DNA of 64,000 nucleotides, from positions 13,206,001 through 13,270,000 of the forward strand of contig NC_045712.1 of assembly GCF_009834535.1 (NCBI RefSeq), written 5' to 3'. Every line of letters starts with the position of its first letter. Positions within the stretch are counted from its first letter, which is position 1. A program made the position numbers and the translations under genes. Below the pieces are notes generated by a model, which saw only the letters and a program-made list of their open reading frames with translations, was not told the DNA's origin and searched no databases. Source of the DNA: Camelus ferus (lineage: Eukaryota). Shown here one piece after another: positions 12,651-23,445 of the stretch.

Positions 12651-13029
12651 GACTAGAGCTTTGAAGTATACAGCAAGGACTGAGAAGTGTGAACTGGTGG
12701 GCCACAGGCAGTATTTGGCATGACCCACTCATGTATTTTTTTTTAGCAGTCTCTTTAAAAAATATTTTAAAATTTGGGTGCCTTTAGTTGGCGCCATCAA
12801 TTCCAATTGGCCACAGCCCTGCCTTTTCCTTTTATTGTCCATCTGGTCTCACACACCCTCGTACGTTACCTGCCAGTTACCCACGGACCCACAGACAGCA
12901 CGTGCGAAGGTGCTGAGTGTGGGGCATGGACCTGCTGTGGACCGGTTTCCTAGGAATTTCTTTTTAACCATCATCATCATCTCAGAATTTCAGGAACTGG
13001 CTACTTTCCCTTTCTTTTCGGTTTAATTT

Positions 13030-13190
13030 ATATTTAAACTGTATTTTTTAACACCTTTATTGTGGTATGGTTCCTGTGCAGTAAACTACACATATTTCAC
13101 ATGTACAGTGTGATGAAATTTGATAGATGGACACACCCATGAAACCACCGCCACAGTCAAGATAGCTCACATCTCCATCACTCCCCAATA
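13030..13190 (-). mobile_element. Old L1 (L1MB/L1ME-like) 3' end fragment
   Basis: acacccatgaaaccaccgccacagtcaagatagctcacatctccatcactcccca. Confidence 0.75.
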
Positions 13191-13296
13191 GGTGCAATTT
13201 TCGAATTCCTAATTTATTCCTTCCCACCCTTTTACCCCCCCCCCCCCGTAACCATACTTTTTATTTTTAACAAAAGAAATAAGATATCTTCAGACT

Positions 13297-13377
13297 TAGG
13301 TTTTTGGTTGTTTTTTGGGGGTTTTTTTTTTTTTGGTTTTTTTTTGGTTTTTTTTTTTTGTCTTTTTTTTGTCTTTG
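13297..13377. repeat. T-rich low-complexity tract (T runs broken by G)
   Basis: Read directly; a poly-C run lies just upstream at about 13235-13247. Confidence 0.9.
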
Positions 13378-14793
13378 GAGTTTATTTTCTGCCTTTACTT
13401 TGGTTCCATATGAAAATTAATTAGGCATCCCTTCTTCGGCTGGTGGCTCCCTTGTGCAAAGTGTCTGCTATGAGCAACACAATGATGATCGCTTTTCCCC
13501 TTTCTGATCCTAGTTTGGCGACCTCACTTCATTGAGCTTGTCTTAATTGCAAGAGATAACTTCCTAGTCTCTACTCTAAGCATTTAGCAGTTCTGAACGT
13601 TGTCAAAACTGTTATCTGAGGCAAAGAGTTTACTCTCTGTAATATTTTTCCACCTTCCTTCATTTTCCTCAAATTAAATCACACATTCTTTACCACCATC
13701 TGGAGTTAAGTGGCTGCTGTGGTTTTTATTTAGTCTCTCTTTGCATTGCCACCTGCAAATTTTAAAACGTTCCCCAGCTTATCCCTTGCCTGTTATTTCC
13801 CATTTGTATTCCTGCTCGGATATTAGTCATGTCCCCTATTTGTGAACATAATCCTTTTTAGTTCCGAAATCCTGTTGGTGGAATCTTAACGTCATTGAAA
13901 ATAGCATTGAGCCCTTAGGTGTCCACTGGCAACATGGAACCTGCCTTTTTTATGCCAAGTTGTTGCCTGGGTTCATTTTATACTCCTGTTCCTTTTTGTG
14001 TTTCTTGTGTTCTCACTGTTTTTTGTTTCTCGCCACAGGCACCAAACGCTATTCATTCTTTCTCTCCACAGAATTTCAGCAGTGTGCTAATCTCTCGCTA
14101 TAGATGAATGACGTGCAAGTAAACATGTAAAATACAGCGTGGTGAATCACATCCTCTCCATTTTCTCGCACTTAATTCTTTTTCTAGAAATTTCATTTGG
14201 TTTCTTACCTTTGCCTTGAAAACTTCCAATATACTATTTTTGTGATTTTTAATATTTAAGGCAAAGTTATTTAAAAGATCCTTTTGCACCATGTCGTAGA
14301 GTTGTAGTCCTCAGTGTTAGAAGACTGCAGCAGCATGGAGCAATTTCAGATTCACCAACAGAGGGAATCCCTCTCTATCTCTGGTATCAGCTATCACCTC
14401 ACCTCATTCAGCAACCTGTGTTTTTATTAGACGTTTATTTTGACAGTTGCAATGTTCAGGGACCATGACATCAGGAACCTATCGGAAACACTGTATTTCA
14501 AAAAGCTTTCCTCTAGTTGTGTAAACTCTAATCAGTTTATTTTAATCATTTGGAGATAATTGGAGTTAGGTCTGTGCTTCCTTAGTTATTTATGTTGTTT
14601 CTAAATTTTAAAATGTTCTCCGTGGTTACTTTTACCATAGATACCACTTACCAAAGTGGGAAATGCTTGACTGGGAAAAATGATGGGACACCCTGTGAAT
14701 TCATGGGATTCTTGGTGTCATTTGCCCCTGCCAAGCAACTTTCACTTTGACTGTGGTGATTGTAGGAGGAAGAGATAGTTTTTTTTTTAGTCC

Positions 14794-15017
14794 CAGAGTT
14801 TCTCAAACTCTGGGATTAATTATTGATACCATGGACTGGCTAATTCTTTGTTGTGAGGGCTCTCCTGTGCATCAGGGGCTGTGTCACAGCATCCCTGGCC
14901 TCATCCACTAGGCACCAGGAGCATCTGTCCCCCTCCTGCAGGAGTAATATCCAGCAACGTCTTCAGACCTGACCCACATCCCCTGAAAGGCAGCAGCAAC
15001 CTTGACTGAGAACCATG
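14794..15017 (-). mobile_element. MER20, more diverged copy
   Basis: cagagtttctcaaac...taattctttgttgtgagggctctcctgtgcat...cagcatccctggcctc...gagaaccatgg. Confidence 0.85.
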
Positions 15018-15553
15018 GCTTTAACCCCTTCGACAACCTTTATTTTTTTCCTTCTTAAAACTGCTGTGTTCTATTTAAGAAGCAAATGAAATCAGTCTAT
15101 GGATCTTTGTTGAACTTGGATGGAAGAGATTTCATGTGAGAAGGCCCAGTTTCTTCTCTGCCGTTGCTTCCGCATTGGCTCCGTGGTGGAAGTGTTCCCT
15201 TGGCCAGTTGTCACGATTTCCCTCAGTCCTCTCTGCCACTAGCTAGCAGTGCACCTGGGCCAGCCGTGGGCAGTGTCCTCGAGCCTCCTGGGATTGTCGT
15301 CTGGAATATGAGTGGAACTGTACCTTCCTCAGTACTGCGGTGAGGATGGAAGGAGAGGAGGGCTCGTTGTACCCGCACTGCCGCCCTGCCTTGAAGGAGG
15401 GTTGACTGCTCTGTCATTGGATGGGGCTTAGACGAAGGAGCGGGACGAGATACGCAAGTGGTCCTACCATTCTCAATACTTTTGGTGTAGTTTTCTGGGG
15501 TAGAGAAAAGATAAGAGAAGGTAAAAAGAAGTGCCTCGAGAGAAAACATGGCA

Positions 15554-15684
15554 GGGGGAGGGTATAGCTCAGTGGAAGAGTGCATGCCTAGCATGCACGA
15601 GGTCCTGGGTTCAATCCCCAGTACCTCCATTAAAGATAAGTAAATTTTCTTAAAAAACGTAATTACCTCCCATACCCCCAAAAA
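15554..15684 (+). mobile_element. Vic-1-like tRNA-derived SINE, full length
   Basis: gggggagggtatagctcagtggaagagtgcatgcctagcatgcacgaggtcctgggttcaatccccagtacctcc; intact A and B boxes. Confidence 0.92.
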
Positions 15685-18139
15685 GTGTGCAATCCAGTGG
15701 GTTTTAGTATATTCACAATTAAATAGGAAAAGAAGAAATGTGGTTGAGATGTTCCTTCTTCTGGTCTGACATGATTCTCAGTAAACAGGACAGTGTTGTA
15801 GATTATTTATGAAGTGCAATTTTTCTAAGGTGGAGGACTCTTTTACAGATGATACCCTTCCTATTTTATTTTATTTTCTTCTGCTGAAATATCCTTTACT
15901 AATGAGAAGGTGGTTGGCTGTTATTTATCTCCCCCTTTTTAATGTTCCTAGTTTGCAAAATAAGGAATTGGCACCTTGTGGTCAGGGGCTCAAATGGGTT
16001 GAGTGGAACTCTGCTGGTCTGTGAAATCTGCAATGCAGGAATGACTGCTGTAGGGAACGAGGCTGAGGAGAGAAGAGGAAAGGAGGGAAGATGCTTGGAA
16101 GGAGTGTGTGAGTGGGAGTCCAGAACCCAAACCACAGGAAGGGCAATGGGAACCGCCTCTTTTGTCTTACAGGTGCTTCCGCAGTCTCTTAATTAAGGGA
16201 GAAGCTGAGTGTGAGATCAAGGCCAGGGATGGAGCCATCACTTTCCTGTGTGTTGCCCTTAACATAATACAACACTTATTGGTCAGTCTCTTCCAGGAAT
16301 TCTTTTGTCATGTATAAGTTATTGAGGTAACCCCAGAAAATGTTAAATCCAAAAGCAAGAGAAAAATCATGTGAGCTGTACACATTCACTGTGCATGGGG
16401 CATCTCAAAATATCCAAGGCTAATTTTTTTGTATGTGAAAAGCAGTCTCAGAAACTTTATGACAGCTTTGAAAAATCAGTTTCCAGTGGGTTTGTTTGCA
16501 TTAAGTTCTGCATCTGCATTGACCCTAAGCCTAAGTAAAGCCTCATTCAGTAAGAATAAAGAAAACCCCAAAAATCAGACAGGAGAGGGAGCAAAAGGAT
16601 TCTGGCATTTGATCTCCACCATGAGAAACTCGTTGAGTATCTTCTCTGTAAATGCTGACTAGGGGAGCGTGGATATCATTTCCAGTGTGAGTTTCTCTTC
16701 CTTATTCTTGCCTGCCATGGATGCAGTGTCCTTCTTCAAGGCAGTGCCCTGTTGGACATCTTGTTCCCAGCTAAAATGTGTCATCAAATGGCCTTGCAGT
16801 CCTTGGAATTTTCCCTGCATCTTCAATCTACTTGACCTGTAAAAGTTATTTCTAATTGAGATTCATCCTGAGTGGGCCAGTATGTGTTTGGGGTGGGTGG
16901 GCAAAACTGACCCCCCATATTCTGCCTTTAAACAAATCCAGCTGGCAACATGAGCACTGACTCCCTGAAACCTGAAATCTAACAGTTGAGCAAAGCATAA
17001 GCCTCTAGGACTTCTCATTGCTCTCTGGGGCAGCAATCATTAGAAGTTGACAAAGTCAAGGAAACAGCTTTGTTTCCCTCTGTAATTCACATAATCACTT
17101 AGACCAGAGCGGATAGTGTTTCAGCACAAGGATTTTGAAGACATTTAATACCTCCGTGGGGGATGAATGGGGCTGCTCATCCTGTGTCCTTTGCTCTTTG
17201 GGAGAACATGACCCTTCAGTAAATGGCTCTGTAGGTCTGACTTGCAGACACTTTGAATAATGCAGAGCTACTGGACTCCCAAGTCGGATCACCTTGCTGT
17301 TGTTAACTGTGACCCATGCTTTCCAAGGCTAATACGATTTTCTAAATTTAAGAGATCCGAGTAAAGTTTGATACGGTGCCAGGGGTGGCTTCCGTCGCAA
17401 TTAAGCAGTTCGGTAATGAAGTTAATTGAAATGGCCAAATAATAGACGCCCTTACAGAGCAGACGGCGAAATTGCCCTCCTATTTGGCAAACATACATTG
17501 TGACAGAAAAGTGATTGTCACACCAATGATCCTGTTAAAACTGCTTAAGAGATTCGTGGATTTGGCTGAGGGAGAGAACCTGAAAGAATCTTTTTTCATC
17601 AGTGTGTGTTTGCTTTCTGTCGGGAACGGTGAGGCATTTGGAGCTTTTTAACTCAGTGTTGTCCTAAAAGTTGCTTTTCTAAGGAAAGGCGTCAAAGTGT
17701 CCTTAACTGAAAATCTATTTCAACTCTTAAAGAGTCCCTGAGAACACGCTGATTTGCTGGGACCAGAAGCTGCCGGGCTTGGGGTTGCTTGATGAGCCTC
17801 GAGTTAATTCTGTGACTTGAGCCGTTCCTATCCGTTGTGATAAGGAATTTAGAACACAAGGGGGCACAGCGGAACCTTGCTCTCCTCGTGCAGGGAGGCA
17901 GCGGTGAGTTGAGCCGAGCCTGGCAGCTCACCAGTAAATCAAGGAGCAGCCCAAGGACCACGGCTGTTAAGTAGTCACAGCAGTGATGACAGTGATCAAA
18001 AGAAAGGCCATGCCGCCTTCCCCTCTGCCTCATCAGCTCTTCCTGCAGCCCTCAAGACACAGACTCACTTCATAAGTTCCCAACGGTCATGCCTTCCTTC
18101 CAAAGATGTTTATTGGACTGGGGACCAGATACCGTTCAA

Positions 18140-18880
18140 GGCCTGGGAGACTAGCCCTAGTTTAAGATATGAGGTCCCTGAAATGGAGACAATAAACAAG
18201 CAAATGATAATAATAAACAATATAAACAGCAAACAAGTAACCAGACATATTAATTTTAGAGAATCGCAGGGTCTATGAAAACAAACTGGGCCATGTGAAT
18301 ACAGTGCGACAAGAAGGGTCGCTTCAGATCTGCTAATGGTCTGGATCCCCGAAGGGCTTCTCTGAAGAAGTGACATTTGAGGAGAGCCCTGGGTGATGAG
18401 AGGAAGCTGCCTGCACATAGATCAGCAGGCACAGTGTTCCAGGCAGAGGGAACAGCCAGTGAAAATGCCGAGAGGAATGAAAGGAATCAGCCCCCAAAGT
18501 GGAGAATGCCAGCCTGGCTGGGGCCCGGGGTCGGGGGGAAGAGAGGGAGGATTTAAAGAGACAGGCAGGGTCGGAGCGAGGGGGGCTTTGTGGGACACAG
18601 AAAAAGACTGTGTTGCATTGAAGCTGTTGGGAAGCCATGGAGACATGCAGTCAGGAGACCATATAATCTGATTTATCCTGTAGACAGATGTCTCTGGCCC
18701 CTGTGTGGACAATGGATTAATGGGGATGAAGAATAAAACAGAGACCAGTTTTTTGGCTCTTGCAGTCACCTAGGCAAGAAAAGGTGGTGGCAGTGGGGAT
18801 GGACAGACATCATGGATGGATTCAGGCTACATTATGGAGATGAACACGGCGGGAAAGATAAAGAAGGACCTTGGATTTTA
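18140..18880 (-). mobile_element. L2 LINE remnant
   Basis: gggcttctctgaagaagtgacatttgag...gttccaggcagagggaacagccagtg...gggaagccatggag...ggattcaggctacatt. Confidence 0.8.
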
Positions 18881-20049
18881 GAGGTTTGGTGTCCTGTAAG
18901 GATAAAATTTGGGATACCTTTCTGGATCTCTTACTTGGCCCTGTGCCTAATTTATATTGCTGAAAATAAGCAGCCAGGATAAGAATCATCCTAAAAGTCA
19001 GTAATCCTGAAGTCAAGGACCTGGCATGTATTTTTTTTTTTTTTTTAACCTAGAAACATCTCAGCACCAATTACAGTGATAGGTTTCCCTTTGGGGCCAG
19101 TGACCTTAAAATAAGGGCCCACACAGCATCCTGTTTTTCCACCCCAGAAAAAGAATCCTTGTCAGGTTTTTCTTTCAATGAGCTATTTTGAGCTATTGTT
19201 TCATAATCCGCCCCTCCCCCCATACGTCCTCTGCAGCTCAAAGTCAAACTTTTAACTTTGGAGGGACTGCCTTGGAGACCTGTTGTCTCTCCTATCCTGG
19301 GGAGACTTTGATGAACGGTTGGTAAGAAGAATGAGTGTAAACAGGGCGAACCCTTAAGCATTTGCACAAAAAGCAACTGACATTTGACATCGAGGTGGTA
19401 GGAAAGCCAGCCGGGGCGTCTTCCTCAGAGGTAGCAGCATTTATAGACTAAGGGGAGATCTTAGGCCCAAATACCCAAATTACAAACGTTTCCAACCCAC
19501 AGAGAGTTAGAGAGCTTTCCTGGAACCATTTGAAAAACTGGCTTAATTCACCCTTAAAAGGAGATCTTGGTGGGAATATTGTCTCGAGAAGGGAGGTCAG
19601 TCTCATAGTACCTCATGGCAAATTAGTGGGCTTTTTAAGCTAACGGTTCTTTTTCTTTTTCCTCCTGGAGAGAAGATGCTGTAACTCACTCCATTTTGCT
19701 CTCTCCATTTTTTTCCCCTACCCCCTATTTAAAAAAAAACAAAAAAGATCCTGTTATCAGTTACTGTCAGAATACATTTTCAAGCTAAAACACTTAGAAG
19801 CTTTCCAAAGTATTCCACAGGACTTGGTGTCCAGCCAACCTGTTAGTTGTGTGGCTTTGAAGACTTCATTGCCTTCAAATCAGCTACCCATCTTGTTTTA
19901 TTTTAGCATGTGTAACTTTGGATGCTCAATGATTTCCATACTGTGACTTGGAGTAAACTGTCACAGACATCTTAAGAACTAGATTGACTATGCATAGACT
20001 CCCATGCTACTTGTAGAAAGGAAACTCTCTCCCTAAATTCACATCACAA

Positions 20050-20210
20050 TTATGGGTCCAAGATACCTGGATCCACTGACCTGTGGACCGACCGATATCC
20101 TTATAGTCCATGAAGCTGTATGCAAAATTTGCTGCGAGTGCATTTTGCAGGTACAAACACTGGCATTTTAATCCCTTCCTAATGGCCTGTGATCCCAGAT
20201 AGATGAAGCA
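20050..20210. mobile_element. hAT-Charlie MITE-like remnant (family uncertain)
   Basis: gtccatgaagctgtatgcaaaattt...gtgcatttt resembles MER-type hAT derivatives. Confidence 0.4.
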
Positions 20211-20229
20211 CCTTTGAATGAGACTGTGT

Positions 20230-20405
20230 AGTTAGTTCAGTGTTTAAAAGCTCAGGCCTGGCATTAGACCAAGTCTCCTGTCAGTTGCTCACCTGATCGT
20301 GTGACCTTGGCCATGTTATTTAACCATCAGTGTCTCAGTTTTCTCATCTGTAATAATAAGGATGATATTAGCACTTAGACAGCAGTTATGAAGAATAAAT
20401 GGGTG
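20230..20405 (+). mobile_element. MIR
   Basis: tgtgaccttggccatgttatttaaccatcagtgtctcagttttctcatctgtaa. Confidence 0.8.
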
Positions 20406-21499
20406 TCAAAGACAAGCTCTCAGTTCCTGTGATTTTTGCCCTCAGCTCTTCCTTTTAAAAGACCCCCCTTTATATTTCTTTACTTTTTAACAAATGACAG
20501 GCTGAGTGTTTGACCCTTCAAGGTGTATTACGGAGTTTCGGAAGTCAGCAACAGTAGGACTGTCCGTGTTATTTCAATGATACCTTCTCTGAAGTGAGCA
20601 TTTATCTCTCAGGAATTGCATGATGACAGTCCATCCATCTTACCTGGGTTTTTGAGCAGCCCAGTGACTCCAGGCCTTTCCTCACCTGTGCCAGTTCAGG
20701 GCTCATGACTTGGAGGGGAAAGGCTCCGTAAACCATTAGCAATCACCAGCCTCGCAAGCCATTTATTTCTCTTCGGGACATATTTATTAAGCTATATGTA
20801 CTGTGTAATTGAAGCCGACTTCTCCGTAGCTGTAAAGCTGTACCACTCTATTCTTAATCTTCTTAACACAATGCCAACTGACACCGCATTGGGAGCTACT
20901 TATTCTGTACTTCTGAAGTCCAACCTTCTCCTTAAATTATGATGGCCGTAATATTTCATAATAACCATTATAAGGTTCCCCAAAGGAAAGAATGTCTTCA
21001 TCTTTTTGGAGACATTCAGTCTGAAGCTCCTCTTCTTGGCAGCTGGTATCATATTTGCATTGAAAAATTATACTGCAGGGTTGATAATGGTATTGGGCCA
21101 GAGGAAAGAGGAAACAAAAAATCAAACATGTCTAAATTAGAATCATTTTTCACTTTCTTTTATGGATACAACTTTGTGAAAGATTGTGTTTGTAAGGTCC
21201 TTCTGTGGAAATGTACTCTAGTGTAAACTTGGCCTTGAGTTTATGCTGGCAAACAATTTAGTTTAGAAAAAAAAAAAAAAAAAACCTTACAAGAAGGTCA
21301 TCACCATTATTCAATCAAACATCATTTATTGCATGTTGCCCCCAATCCCAGGACTCTTCAGTGTCCCTTGTCCTTTCTGCCCCCTTCTTCACTTTGGCTA
21401 AGCTTTCTTTTCCCATGCTCTCAAGAGCAATGGCGCACCCTTCCATCATGGCCCTTGGCACTGACCATACTGAATTATAATCGTTGCTTTGCTTCTTTC

Positions 21500-21620
21500 T
21501 TTTTTAAGACAGACTATGAACTCATCCAGGTCAGGGCTGTGTCTGATTTACCTTTATCTCTTCAGTCATGCTTTGCTGGGCACATGGCAGGGCTCAGTAA
21601 ACTTGCATGGATGGGTAGGC
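21500..21620 (+). mobile_element. L2 3' terminal fragment
   Basis: agactatgaactcatccaggtcagggctgtgtctg...ggcacatggcagggctcagtaaac. Confidence 0.65.
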
Positions 21621-23081
21621 ACCCTCCTCAAGATTCAGGTCATGGCTCCGATACTCTCTCTTCAAGAAAGACGTGCTTGGCTACCAAGTAGAAAGTAGCG
21701 GTGAATCCCAAGCACTGCCTGTTCCAGGATCCTGCTTCATTTTCATCACCAAAGTTATGACTCAAAGTTATTTGCAAAGTTGTCTATTCTGTCTTCCAAA
21801 GAATGTGAGCGCCGTGAAAGCAGCCCTTTGGGAGTTCGGTTCACTGCTTTATTTCATTCCAGCTCTTGGCTCATAGTAGGTCCTTACTTAGCCCAGATTG
21901 CTTAAATGAGTGAGTGCATTTTTCCTAATTTTCTTCCTGCCCTTAGTGGAAAAAAGTTAAGGCTGACGCTACCTACCTTTTTCACTTTCTGAACTGTCTT
22001 TATTAGCATTTCACTGGTAAGGTGAAGGCAGTTTAAATTTATTTCATGGCTTATATATTATGTATTAAAACAAACAAAAAACTAATGGACAGAGAACGGT
22101 ACAGATGGCTTTTTTAAGAAAGGTTACTGGCCATTAATTGTTTAGAGCCATGAGTTTGCAGTCAAATAAATATCAATTCTGCAGTGCCAGGGCAATCACA
22201 GATTTTTCTCCCTGTTTTTCCTGCACCCCTTCCCATCTTTACCTCATTGATCTCTCAGTATTTTGAGCCATCATCATACTGCTCCCTCCTCCCCAGTAAA
22301 AGCATTCCCTACTAGGTTCAGAATTTTTCATACTGCAGCATTTTTGCTGATAAGTATTAGTGTTCTGGAGTGTTCCTGAACGCAGTATCTCTCCTCAGAT
22401 TTCCTTTAGCTGTGTCCTTTAGATCTGCTCAAGAAAGGGGAAGCAAGCCACTTTTCCCTTTCTCCTTAATCCTTCTCATGGTCCCCTCTATTTGTAGATA
22501 AAATATTTTGCACATTATTGTTCTTACTAGAGGCACAAACTGAGCTGAAGTGACCGTCACTCTGGGGATAGCTGCTAACACCATAGCCACGTGCTTGGAC
22601 AAGGCTTTAACCTGAGGGTTGTCGACCTCAATAGAATGGGTTTCTTAGAGTCGCCAGTCAAGGTTTCAGAGGCTGTATTGAATTTGTATGCCATATTGAA
22701 TCGTGTGCTTCTGTGCAACTCTGCTCGAGACAGGCTCTAACAGCTTTTTATCCCATTTTCAATCAAGGCCATGGCCCAGTAATTAAGTAGCACAGACACT
22801 TGAGTAGAAATGGCAGTTCACTGAGCCAAGAGAGAGCTAGAACGAACTCTGTTATTCTTTAGTCTAACACTGCACTACAGCCAGTAAGTCCATCCCATTG
22901 TCCAAGCGTCCTCAGTATGGCTGCATTGTTCAATAATGCTTACCTGTGTATGGTTATAGCTGGATTGTATGTAAAATCTTGGAAAATACCAAAAAGAAGA
23001 ATATGAGTCACCTATTCATCCTAGAATTCAGAAACAGTATTTTAATACATTTTCCTCTAGTCTTTGGGTGTATGATGCATA

Positions 23082-23105
23082 TGTGTGTGTGTGTGTGTGT
23101 GTGTG
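23082..23105. repeat. (TG)12 microsatellite
   Basis: Read directly. Confidence 0.95.
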
Positions 23106-23129
23106 AGTGAGATACATACATCATACACA

Positions 23130-23445
23130 TAGATCTATTTCTTAATAATGAATTTCTATTCTATGGCAGTTTTTAATCAGTTTTTCTTGTCTTTTTCCCA
23201 TGTCACTAAATGTTCTTGTTTTTATAATCCGTTTTTAATGGATTCATAATTTTTCATCTTATTGATATAACAATATGTTTACTCATTCCTCTGTCCTTGG
23301 AAGTTCTGATTGTTTCCACTTTGTCTTCTTTAAATAATGCTGTGTTGAGCATCTTTTTATATACATTTGTGTGAAACTCTCTGATTACTCCTTTAATACA
23401 AACTCGTAATGATGAGTTTCCTGAGTTAAAGTCTGCTCTAATCTT
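23130..23445 (-). mobile_element. Old L1 (L1ME-like) fragment
   Basis: gattgtttccactttg...aataatgctgtgttgagcatc...ctgattactcc...tttcctgagttaaag. Confidence 0.65.

Noticed and set aside
15554-15630. tRNA-Ala-like sequences (also at 5790-5863, 10837, 56559, 59296) as tRNA genes
   Set aside because: They have A-rich tails, TSDs, a degenerate acceptor stem and five diverged copies, so they are SINEs. ORFs containing the peptide EVLGIEPRTSC are their antisense translations.
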